24,230 nt of DNA from Candidatus Micrarchaeia archaeon (GTDB taxonomy: Archaea > Micrarchaeota > Micrarchaeia > Micrarchaeales > Micrarchaeaceae): the NCBI GenBank assembly GCA_049964795.1, contig JBMFWY010000012.1, positions 1 to 24,230 of the forward strand. Reading direction: 5' to 3'. The translations under genes were made by a program, and so were the position numbers. This document shows positions 15,852 through 24,230 of the stretch, one piece after another; positions within the stretch are counted from its first letter, which is position 1; the number at the start of each line of letters is the position of its first letter. The notes beneath the pieces are model-generated. The model made no database searches and was not told the origin of the DNA. It was given only the letters and a program-made list of their open reading frames with translations.

Positions 15852-17489
15852 TTATCTCTTGTAGTATATGTTGCCTGTATATGCTATAAAGTATCTGCCT
15901 CTAGCTGCGCTGCTGTTGTATATATTTGCATATAAAGTCAGGCCGCATTCACTTGTGTTGAAGGCCCAAGATTCATTTATCGGCCAAAGGTTTAATTCGT
16001 TTATATAATAAAGGGCCTGTTTGTTAGGTATTATAAGATACGTGTTGTTTGGGATTGAACTGCATGTTGGGAACACTAGCGTCAGGTCCTTTCCATTTCC
16101 ATATTGGCCAAAATTCTTCGTAGGGGCATAGCCCATGTAGTAATCCAGGTAGTAAGGCGTAAGGGCAGAGCCAAATACACTAGCATTGTAGAGATCAGGC
16201 ACTTTTAGGAGATCCTGTGCCATCAATTTTATCTGGTTTGTGGTGTTGTGGTTCAATATATAGAAATCATAATCCAAAGGCAACGAAGTTGCAAAAAGAA
16301 ATCCCACTATTACAAATATAAATATTATTTTGAGCAGCTTTTTGTTTCCAAAAAGCCTTTCCTCCAAATCCATAATTCCAAAGCCCAATATTAACATCAA
16401 AGGCGGTGCCACTATCGTAGTAAACCTCATTAGTTTGTATATAGGGAAGTAATGGGTTATGCTCATAGTGCCAAATTCCATGTAGGCTACAAGAAATGCC
16501 CCCCACGCCAAAACAAACCAATATTTTTTGTTTCTTGTAGCAAGCAAGTATATGCCTAAAAGGACTGCAAAATAGCTAAAGAAGCCTACGTCATTCAGAT
16601 TTAAGCTATAGATATTAAATAAGTTGGCCAAGTCTTGCGTATTTGTTGCGTTGTATGGGAAATACCCGTTTATGTAAAATGTCAGGCTGGGGTTTGTGTA
16701 ATATATCTCATCAGGCCCTCCCGCTGCACTATAATAGCTATTCGTAAGCTTAAGCTCGTAGAACGGATTGTGGTTTTGTGCTATATACATATTTACAAAT
16801 CCCAGTATAAGCAACGCAGTTACTATACCAAGATAATAAATTAAGTATTCATAATGTGGCCCCGGTTTTTTCTTGATCCAACCCCTTGCAAAGTCCACTG
16901 CAATATATACAGTAAAGAACAGCACGTATAGATATGCCAGCGGATTCACCAGTGCTCCCGCAAAATTGAAAATTCCTGAAAGTGCATAAAGCCAGTAATT
17001 GTGCTTTTTTTTAGCATATATAAACATCAGCACGCTTAGCAAAAGAAACATTATTAGGGGCAACATAGGGTTTGGCTCAGTATTAAATTTTATTATTGCA
17101 GGATAAATTCCGAAAAGCAAAGCACTTAACAAAGATGCTTTATTGCTGTAAAACTCTTTACCTATAAGAAATACAAGTAGAATGCTTGCCAAGTAGCAAA
17201 TGAAAGCGTATAATCCTGCCCCCAAATCTGTGTATCCAAATATCTTTACAAAAAACGCCATTGGAAAAAGAAGCAGAAGCCTTAGCGAGAATATATTAAG
17301 GTTTACCTGAAAGCCGCCTCTGAGTATGAGGGGCATGAATCCCGCGTAAGCGAAATCATCACCGTAAAAGCTCATTCCTTTAAACATGGAAAATGAAAGA
17401 ACTCCAGAAAAAACTATTATTGCAAGTAGCATTAAATACGCAGATCTTTTGCTTATATCCTTTGCGTGCCCGCTTTTATTTTTTCGCAT
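15852..17489 (-). CDS. GT-C fold glycosyltransferase (PMT_2/ArnT-like)
   Basis: YGDDFAY after TM1, LVFLIGKEFY, MRFTTIVAPP. I prefer the start at 17489 (MRKNK), just after the upstream stop; the ORF extends to 17507. Confidence 0.78.
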   Translation of the reverse strand: MRKNKSGHAKDISKRSAYLMLLAIIVFSGVLSFSMFKGMSFYGDDFAYAGFMPLILRGGFQVNLNIFSLRLLLLFPMAFFVKIFGYTDLGAGLYAFICYLASILLVFLIGKEFYSNKASLLSALLFGIYPAIIKFNTEPNPMLPLIMFLLLSVLMFIYAKKKHNYWLYALSGIFNFAGALVNPLAYLYVLFFTVYIAVDFARGWIKKKPGPHYEYLIYYLGIVTALLILGFVNMYIAQNHNPFYELKLTNSYYSAAGGPDEIYYTNPSLTFYINGYFPYNATNTQDLANLFNIYSLNLNDVGFFSYFAVLLGIYLLATRNKKYWFVLAWGAFLVAYMEFGTMSITHYFPIYKLMRFTTIVAPPLMLILGFGIMDLEERLFGNKKLLKIIFIFVIVGFLFATSLPLDYDFYILNHNTTNQIKLMAQDLLKVPDLYNASVFGSALTPYYLDYYMGYAPTKNFGQYGNGKDLTLVFPTCSSIPNNTYLIIPNKQALYYINELNLWPINESWAFNTSECGLTLYANIYNSSAARGRYFIAYTGNIYYKR

Positions 17490-17490
17490 G

Positions 17491-18975
17491 TCAACCAGCC
17501 GTGTCATCCAGCAAATCTCCTAATCCTATAGTAACAACCTTGCCTTGGAGGCTAGGTACTATAATATTGTTTTTTGTTATTGTCAACTCGTTAGAAAGAT
17601 GGTGCAAACCTATATTTTCCTCTTTTATCATGTTGCCTGTTGTCGCATTTATTACATATAATATACCATAGTCATTTAAAATAAATAAATCTCCTTTGTA
17701 TATATTGGGATTGCTTTCCGATTGACCTGTAAGAAAAGCCCAGATAACTTTTCCTGTTGTGGCGTTCACCGCAAAGAGTATACCCATATAATTTGAATCG
17801 GAATATGCCACACCATTGTTCATGGTTATTGCAGACATAGTCGGCTCTGTAAGGGGCTCTGTAGAAATAAGCTGTGGCGAGGGGATTATTATCTTGTTGC
17901 TCTTTAAATATGCAGTCTCGTCTACTTTCCAGATTCGCTTGCCTGTTGTGGCATTTAAGCCAATAAGCACAGGGTATGTATACATGCTATGATTCAAATA
18001 GCCAGTAACAATAACCCCCTTGTAAATAGATGGGGTTACATCGTTAAGACCACCTCCCGGTTGCGTGAGATTATCTACCCATACAGGATTTCCGGTGCTC
18101 ATATTTATAGCCCAAAATCTGAAAGTTCCTGTTATGTTGTTTGAAGTGAACATTGATGTTTCCCCATTCCCAAAATAAACAGTGCCATTTGCCAAAAGCG
18201 GCGAAGACATTGTATCCGGCAAGCCTGTGGTAACATTTTTTATTACCTTGCCATTGCTTTCATTTATTAAGAGGTAGGAATACATTGTAGGTAGAAAGAG
18301 CTTACCCTTGGAATATGCGGGAGTAAGCATCGATGGCGCCGTAAGGTTCAATTGCCAGATAATTTTTCCATTTGCCATATTTATTGCATACAACCGGTCT
18401 ATCTCATTGTTATACTTACTAAAATTTTGTGGAGGTATCTCTTCATTATTACTCATTGATACTATTATTGTATTGTTAACTGTGACAGGTTGGGATATTA
18501 TCTGGTTTGGGAAGTAATCCCTCCATGCTATTTTGCCAGTGTATGCATTTATTGCAGCTAAAGATCCAGGCGTTTTTTTATAATCTGCTATTAGCTGATC
18601 CTTATACGGCCCGGCCGTTACTACAAAAAGATACCCCTTGTAAACCGTAATGGGGCCCATTATCGTATCGTTAAGGCTTACATTGAGGTTTCCTATATTT
18701 TCTCCTATGAAGTAAGTGTGATTTATTCCTCCATCATATTGCTCTACTGCTCCAACGTTTCCCCAACTTGCGTTAGGCGTTAATATGCCGCTGCCTAAGC
18801 TATAAGAGCTAACATTTTGGCTTGAGGTCCTTAAGTAAAAATATGTAAATGCGGCTGCGATCAAAATTGCAGCCAAAAGCATGTAGTACACTGAAAGTTT
18901 TTTTTGGATCTTGTTTTTTTTGCCTGCTTTTTTGGCCATATAACCACGCGAATCTAATTTTGGATACTTTCTCAT
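17491..18975 (-). CDS. Membrane-anchored PQQ-like/BamB-like beta-propeller protein
   Basis: Basic N-terminus plus one TM helix; seven AINxxTGKxxW-type blade motifs. Confidence 0.88.
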   Translation of the reverse strand: MRKYPKLDSRGYMAKKAGKKNKIQKKLSVYYMLLAAILIAAAFTYFYLRTSSQNVSSYSLGSGILTPNASWGNVGAVEQYDGGINHTYFIGENIGNLNVSLNDTIMGPITVYKGYLFVVTAGPYKDQLIADYKKTPGSLAAINAYTGKIAWRDYFPNQIISQPVTVNNTIIVSMSNNEEIPPQNFSKYNNEIDRLYAINMANGKIIWQLNLTAPSMLTPAYSKGKLFLPTMYSYLLINESNGKVIKNVTTGLPDTMSSPLLANGTVYFGNGETSMFTSNNITGTFRFWAINMSTGNPVWVDNLTQPGGGLNDVTPSIYKGVIVTGYLNHSMYTYPVLIGLNATTGKRIWKVDETAYLKSNKIIIPSPQLISTEPLTEPTMSAITMNNGVAYSDSNYMGILFAVNATTGKVIWAFLTGQSESNPNIYKGDLFILNDYGILYVINATTGNMIKEENIGLHHLSNELTITKNNIIVPSLQGKVVTIGLGDLLDDTAG

Positions 18976-20603
18976 TTAATTTTATAAATATAAGGCACAA
19001 TCACTTGTGCACTGCCGTTCACAATTTTTTTCACAAAACTAATAGTGCAATTTTTACCTAGCCAGTCAGCAAGATAGTTTTTCTGTTGCAGCGTCTGGTA
19101 AGAACTATTTATATTACCTAAAACGATCAAGTACGCACCATTTTCGGCTGTGCTTTTATTGCAGATAAGGGAAGGTGCATCGGAAGGGAAGCTGTTGCGG
19201 TAGTCCGTGCTGTGCAAGTCTATACTTTTGCTGTATTTAAAAGCGAACTCTTCAAATAACAGCCCTAGCAATTCTATTCCGGGCGTGCCATCTACAAAAA
19301 CTTCCGTTGCATTATTTTTACTTATTGGATTTGATTCTATATAACTTACCTGGGCGTATACCTCCCTTGTTTCTGTAAGTGTACCTACATAATAATAGTA
19401 ATTAATGTCAGAATACAAAGGTAAGTATGATAATTCAACTAAAATTATAAACGCAAAGAAGAGCAAATTTAGTACCTGCCTTCGCCTCGCACTGCCATTA
19501 GCCATATCATATATACAGAATAATGCATAACCTCCAAGGACACCAAGCATCATTGCATTCATGTCAAAGAATCTTGATACGACAGGCACCGGTATATACC
19601 TCTCTAATGAGCTAGTGCCAAATATCATATAAGCAAAAAGAGACCAATTAAAAAAGGAGATATAATTTATCCTCTTGTCTTTCTTCCATAAACCGCTTAA
19701 GCTCCCAATTGCAGCCAATATTGCTATAGGCCCAAGCGGAAACATCTGGTATATATCAGTGCGGGGCATATGTATAGCTATCGGACTAAAAAGTATGCCT
19801 AGTTCTTCCAAAGGCCCTATCGTACTGGGGCTTGTCATAAAATGCTGCAATGGGAAGAAAGGATCTAAAAGCACAAAATAAAAAACTGCGAAATAAGCTA
19901 ATATACCAATAGACAAGCCTGCCATAGAAGCCAAGAGGTTTTTAAGCTTCCAGATCCTTTTCTGCTTTTCAATTTTTCTTAAGCGAAATATGCTCCTGTA
20001 TTCTATAATATTTGCAGCAAGAAAAAGCAAAACATAGAAGAAAGCATCTATTTTTATGTATATTGTCACTGCGGCAACGAATCCAGAAAGCAGCGATAAC
20101 TTTGTATCCTTCTTGCTTATGCTCAAAAGAAAAAGCGATAGTGATATCGCTACGGCAAGCCCAACAGCGATGTCGCTGAGGACTCGCATAGCATAGCCCA
20201 CAAGAAAAGGTGCAGATGCAACCATCAACGTGCCGGCAGAAGCAAAATACTTGCCATATATCTTATAGGCTATGGCAAAAGTGATAAATATCAGGAGCGA
20301 ATACTCAACAATGCTAGGCAGCACTGCTTGCAGGCTACCATTTCCAAATAAATTCGTTGACATTGCTATTGGTACTATATACAAGAAAGGGTAGCAAAAT
20401 TCGTTTTCTATGAAAGTAGTATTTCCTGTGATGAGTGCATGTGCACAGTTTAAATAGTAAACATCATCATAAATTGGCATAGGCCCAGAATAAAGGTATG
20501 CGCTTGCAGCAAGCCCTATAGCAAGCACAGCCAAGAATAGCATGATCGCCTGCCTGTCATTCCAAAACAATTTCTTGAAGCTATTCAACTTTGCACCTTT
20601 CAA
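18972..20603 (-). CDS. GT-C fold glycosyltransferase (PMT_2/ArnT-like)
   Basis: IYDDVYY after TM1, VLSDI, IYIK, VSRFF; TTG start; ATGA overlap with the downstream propeller gene. Confidence 0.78.
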   Translation of the reverse strand: MKGAKLNSFKKLFWNDRQAIMLFLAVLAIGLAASAYLYSGPMPIYDDVYYLNCAHALITGNTTFIENEFCYPFLYIVPIAMSTNLFGNGSLQAVLPSIVEYSLLIFITFAIAYKIYGKYFASAGTLMVASAPFLVGYAMRVLSDIAVGLAVAISLSLFLLSISKKDTKLSLLSGFVAAVTIYIKIDAFFYVLLFLAANIIEYRSIFRLRKIEKQKRIWKLKNLLASMAGLSIGILAYFAVFYFVLLDPFFPLQHFMTSPSTIGPLEELGILFSPIAIHMPRTDIYQMFPLGPIAILAAIGSLSGLWKKDKRINYISFFNWSLFAYMIFGTSSLERYIPVPVVSRFFDMNAMMLGVLGGYALFCIYDMANGSARRRQVLNLLFFAFIILVELSYLPLYSDINYYYYVGTLTETREVYAQVSYIESNPISKNNATEVFVDGTPGIELLGLLFEEFAFKYSKSIDLHSTDYRNSFPSDAPSLICNKSTAENGAYLIVLGNINSSYQTLQQKNYLADWLGKNCTISFVKKIVNGSAQVIVPYIYKIK

Positions 20604-20699
20604 TTAAACTTTATAACGCATAAAATAGGTATATAAACTTATAACTTATACAAATCAATTTATAAATCAATTATCGGATAAATCCTAAAATATCTGTAG

Positions 20700-22577
20700 G
20701 TGAATGATTTGAAGACTCTAACTCTTTTGGTGGCGCTGTTTGGAATGCTTTTCTATTTAGCCTTAGCAAATTCTTCATACGCCGGAATGCAAAATACAAG
20801 TCAACAGTGCTTTTATAGTTTGGCTAAACCTGGCTCCTATCATATCCTGCCTAGCGCATGCAAAAGTCTTTCTGTTAATATAAGCGACAACATTCAGGCT
20901 TCTACTGTAGATTGTGCGAGCAATGTAATAGTCTCTTCAATAGTGACAGGAGCTTTTGACAACAACGATTCATTTTACAATTGTACGTTTGAAAATAATT
21001 CTTATGTACTTGTTCAGAATAATTCAAGGATAAATATCATCAGCCCTTTCGGCTTTCCAAAAATAAACGTCAAGGGCAAAAATTCTAGTGCCACTATAGG
21101 ATACATCTTACAAGTTAATGTTTTCGAGCCTTACGGATATAATTCTACATCCATTTTTGGCTCAGCTCCTACTGACCGCGTTGCCGGGTTTGGTTACCTT
21201 GTGCCTCTTATCGGCGGCAGAATAAAGCTTAATGAATCACAGCTTACTCCAGAGCCTTCCTTTTTGCCGCAACTGAATGAAACTTTGCACAATATAAGCG
21301 AAGTAGTGCCTTTTGGGGTTTACAATCAATCCCAAACGCAAATAAATTACAGCAAGCAAAACCTTAGCTTTGGCAAGGTAATAGGCAGCAAAAAGTTTGC
21401 TGTAGCTTCATACACTGTATTCGATAACAGGACGGTAAATTACAATCCCTACAAGCTAGTTTATTCGTTTTTCGCTTATGACCAGCTCATTTTCTTTAAT
21501 TTGACAATCAATAGCGATATCAACTTGACACCAATTTATATTCAGCCCCTATTCCCTAAATTTAATTTTTACACAATTCCTGATAACAGAACAAAAAACT
21601 TCACAATAAAATGGCTGGTTGCAGTGCCACCTCAAGACTATGGCTGGAACTTTACAACACTACTTTATAGGTATACAACAAACATTGCCTTTACTACAAA
21701 TCCTATAGGCGCACAACTCGGCCCATACTCTTCATTGGTCAAAGTATTGCAAGTACCAAATTCAAGCTACAGTTTTGTAACCGTGAATGGGACTCGTTTA
21801 TATTTCATAAATTATACTTCAAACCTGCCTGTTGGGCTCAATTCGAGCATAACCATGACAATGGGTAGTGGGGAGAAAAATATAACATACTTACAAGATT
21901 CTACTACTCCCTCTTTTGGCCATGGTGTGAGCTTTTGTGCGACTATAGTCAATTCCAGCATAATTGTTTCTACAGTGCAATATCCTGGCTATTATGATTT
22001 TGTGCACGAGCTCCTGCCATTTGACAATAACTCTCCAGTCCTAGTGCCTCAAAAGTGTGGTATAGGTCTTTATGTTACTGGAAAGAATATTTATCTGAAC
22101 TGCAATGGTGGCATAATAAACGACCAATTTATGGGAATATACTTTGACGGCTCAAGGAACGTGACAATAAATGGCTGCAGGATATACGGAAACGGGATAT
22201 CTTTCAACAACGCAAGCAATATTAACATTTTGAACACTGTAATAGCACCAAATTCATACAATAGCAGTTTTGCAATAAGATCGATCGACTCAAGCAACAT
22301 TTATTTTTATAATGTTAGCGTGGGCACCGGCTATGCAGAAAATTATCAAGTGGAAAACAGCACAAATATAGAGCTGAGCAACATTTCGGTTCAAAGCAAG
22401 CTTCCCTCTACAATTACCACAATCGCGCCAGTGCCTGCTCAATCTGTAAACCCTGCAAAGATAAAAGAATATGATTACTTGCTTTATATAGCCTCAATGG
22501 TTGTTGCCAGTATTTACATCTCATTATATCTCTTAAGTAGGAGGAAAAGTAGCAAAAGAAGAAAAATTCCAAAATAA
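20700..22577 (+). CDS. Secreted, C-terminally anchored surface glycoprotein with right-handed beta-helix (NosD/CASH-like) repeats
   Basis: Signal peptide; YPGYY...C...NIYLNCNG...GIYFDGSRNVTINGCRIYGNGISF repeats; P/T linker, TM helix and RRKSSKRRK tail. Confidence 0.8.
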   Translation: MNDLKTLTLLVALFGMLFYLALANSSYAGMQNTSQQCFYSLAKPGSYHILPSACKSLSVNISDNIQASTVDCASNVIVSSIVTGAFDNNDSFYNCTFENNSYVLVQNNSRINIISPFGFPKINVKGKNSSATIGYILQVNVFEPYGYNSTSIFGSAPTDRVAGFGYLVPLIGGRIKLNESQLTPEPSFLPQLNETLHNISEVVPFGVYNQSQTQINYSKQNLSFGKVIGSKKFAVASYTVFDNRTVNYNPYKLVYSFFAYDQLIFFNLTINSDINLTPIYIQPLFPKFNFYTIPDNRTKNFTIKWLVAVPPQDYGWNFTTLLYRYTTNIAFTTNPIGAQLGPYSSLVKVLQVPNSSYSFVTVNGTRLYFINYTSNLPVGLNSSITMTMGSGEKNITYLQDSTTPSFGHGVSFCATIVNSSIIVSTVQYPGYYDFVHELLPFDNNSPVLVPQKCGIGLYVTGKNIYLNCNGGIINDQFMGIYFDGSRNVTINGCRIYGNGISFNNASNINILNTVIAPNSYNSSFAIRSIDSSNIYFYNVSVGTGYAENYQVENSTNIELSNISVQSKLPSTITTIAPVPAQSVNPAKIKEYDYLLYIASMVVASIYISLYLLSRRKSSKRRKIPK

Positions 22578-22579
22578 TC

Positions 22580-22630
22580 TTAGTATTTTTCTAAGCTTTA
22601 TGATAAAGCTTAGTTTTCAAAAGATACTAA
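22580..22630. repeat. Nested inverted repeat (possible operator or terminator hairpin)
   Basis: Perfect CTAAGCTTTAT-G-ATAAAGCTTAG at 22591-22613; outer arms 22580-22590 and 22620-22630 match at 10 of 11. Confidence 0.75.
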
Positions 22631-22645
22631 CGTTATAAATACCTT

Positions 22646-22655
22646 TTTATATAAA
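22646..22655 (+). promoter_or_regulatory. Putative TATA box of the pilin-like gene
   Basis: TTTATATAAA about 27 nt upstream of ATG 22682. Confidence 0.5.
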
Positions 22656-22681
22656 GCAAAATATAGTACTTAAGGGATTAA

Positions 22682-24230
22682 ATGGCAGGCGGGAAGCGCA
22701 ATAGAAATCATCCTTCTTATTATCTTCCAGCCTCGAGAAGGCAAGTTAAAGCTAGGATCAAGCAATCAATCAGAAAAGAGGAGGAAGGCCAGAGCGCCAT
22801 GGAATATCTAATGACTTATGGCTGGGCACTTCTTCTAATTGCAATAATTGCGTCACTTCTATATCTGTATATAGGCGTGCCTCATGTAATTGTTCCTTCT
22901 TCATGTGCATTCACTTCCGGAGCTTATTGCGATGATCTTGTTGTTGGCGCAAATGCAACTACTCACGCTTCAAAACTTGCAGTATTCCTTACAAATACAC
23001 AAGCATACCCTATCCTTCATCCAGAACTTTTTGTAAATGTGAATGGGGTAAATTCAAGTGCCAGTGCATGCCAACCTAATTATGTGCTTCCTGGCGGCGC
23101 GATAATATGCGAAGTTTCTCTGCCCGTGCAGGAATCCCTCGGCTCATTTCTTGCAGGCAAGATATACCTCAATGCTTCATATTGCGGGCTTGCAGTAAAT
23201 ACAACCCCCCAAGGCTGTGAAAGTGCACCAAAAGAGACATACGTCGGAAGCTTCTCTGCGCACACTGCTCCTCTTATTTCAACCTCTTCTTCACTCACTC
23301 TTTCAGTTAAAAATTCTACTCAGTCCGCAATTGAAAATGTCAAGGACCCGCTTTATGCTACTGTAAAGCTTCTTGGCTATCCTCTTACAGGAGCAACAGT
23401 TAACTTTACTGCATTCTTCCAGTCAAACGGCACTTCTGCAATACCTCCATATTCAATAAATCCTGCAATTACTACTACAAACACCACAGGCACGGCGCTT
23501 AGCTACATATATGGAAATAGGCCGGCAAAGGTAATTGTTTATGTGTATTATGCAAACTACACCAGCAACACGGTAATAAATTTCACACCTCCAATTGCAA
23601 TAACCTTTTCACTTTCGAACAATATGGGCTCTTTGCTGTCTTCAAGCACAGCAATAGTTGTAGTACTAGATGGCAATTCTTACGATTATTCACAGCTTGT
23701 CAGCGCGTTAAAAACCGTAAGCTTAAACAGCAAGCAGGTATTGAATTTCTCTCAATACATATATCCTAACTCTAATGAGAGGCTGGTATTTAAGAATGCA
23801 ACGATAAATGGCGTTAACTACACAACAACAAACATAACATTTACCGCAACTTCAAACACTACCATAAGTGTGAATTATTACACCCAATACTACTTTACTG
23901 AACTCGCAAGTCCAAGTGCTGGCGGTTCTGTAAGCCCTGGCAACGGCTGGTATAATGCTTCTAAGATATTGACAATATCGGAGGCGCCAAACGCAGCCTA
24001 TGTATTCCAGGACTGGACGTGCACTGGCACAGGGTGCTATTCCGGAACCCTTGCAAGCACAGCAATAACTCTTAACAATCCGATAAGCGAGACTGCTAAC
24101 TACTACGCACTTGTTTCTTCAACTTCAGTCTCTTCAACATCTGTATCTTCAACTTCCGTATCTACTTCAGTTTCTTCAACCTCCCTTTCAACAACAACCT
24201 ATCTTCTTTTCTCAACCTCGTACAGCTCAA
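22682..24230 (+). CDS. Class III signal peptide (pilin-like) surface protein with Cys-rich domain, Ig-like region, InlB-B/Flg_new-like repeat and (SSTSV)n linker; 3'-partial
   Basis: Not in the ORF track. Open frame from ATG 22682 to the window end: MAGGKRN...RKEEEG|QSAMEYLMTYGWALLLIAIIASLLYLY..., a 6-Cys domain, GATVNFT, GGSVSPGNGWY...APNAAYVFQDW...ETANY, then VSSTSVSSTSV. Confidence 0.9.
   Translation, partial: MAGGKRNRNHPSYYLPASRRQVKARIKQSIRKEEEGQSAMEYLMTYGWALLLIAIIASLLYLYIGVPHVIVPSSCAFTSGAYCDDLVVGANATTHASKLAVFLTNTQAYPILHPELFVNVNGVNSSASACQPNYVLPGGAIICEVSLPVQESLGSFLAGKIYLNASYCGLAVNTTPQGCESAPKETYVGSFSAHTAPLISTSSSLTLSVKNSTQSAIENVKDPLYATVKLLGYPLTGATVNFTAFFQSNGTSAIPPYSINPAITTTNTTGTALSYIYGNRPAKVIVYVYYANYTSNTVINFTPPIAITFSLSNNMGSLLSSSTAIVVVLDGNSYDYSQLVSALKTVSLNSKQVLNFSQYIYPNSNERLVFKNATINGVNYTTTNITFTATSNTTISVNYYTQYYFTELASPSAGGSVSPGNGWYNASKILTISEAPNAAYVFQDWTCTGTGCYSGTLASTAITLNNPISETANYYALVSSTSVSSTSVSSTSVSTSVSSTSLSTTTYLLFSTSYSS
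24113..24187 (+). repeat. Coding tandem repeat V-SSTSV-SSTSV-SSTSV-STSV-SSTSL
   Basis: Degenerate 15-bp units, e.g. TCTTCAACTTCAGTC / TCTTCAACATCTGTA / TCTTCAACTTCCGTA. Confidence 0.92.

Noticed and set aside
18898-18921. Two A8 tracts near the 5' end of the propeller gene as phase-variation sites
   Set aside because: Explained by Lys codons in a basic N-terminus; the frame is intact.
14031-22577. Apparently lower GC suggesting a horizontally acquired island
   Set aside because: Only spot-checked by eye; explainable by Ile/Phe/Tyr/Asn-rich proteins; no integrase, transposase or att sites seen.
23080-23298. Minus-strand 72-aa ORF
   Set aside because: Lies antisense within the long open pilin-like frame.

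Overview
Gene-dense archaeal window. Gene content and style suggest a DPANN archaeon such as Micrarchaeota (inference, not a database result). The left half is a housekeeping block: a UbiA/DGGGP-synthase-like prenyltransferase; a trimmed ribosomal/RNA polymerase operon on the minus strand (rpoD, tRNA-Leu(GAG), rpl18e, rpl13, rps9, rpoN, tRNA-Pro(GGG), rps2); a CheD-like orphan; thpR; pyrG. The right half is a cell-surface glycosylation region: a Wzx-like flippase, a GT2 polyprenol-phosphate sugar synthase, four GT-C-like membrane proteins, a PQQ-type beta-propeller and a very sequon-rich beta-helix protein, interrupted by a short XPF nuclease and Cgi121. Both window ends fall inside paralogous, outward-facing class III signal peptide (pilin-like) genes that the ORF track missed, and both run into (SSTSV)n repeats. 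Most notable: (1) a tRNA-Pro with two tiny T-arm introns whose splice motifs are mutually exclusive, implying ordered splicing; (2) the SSTSV pilin-like paralog pair; (3) the GT-C cluster with an embedded propeller; (4) a CheD-fold protein with the catalytic Cys/His apparently replaced by Asp/Arg.
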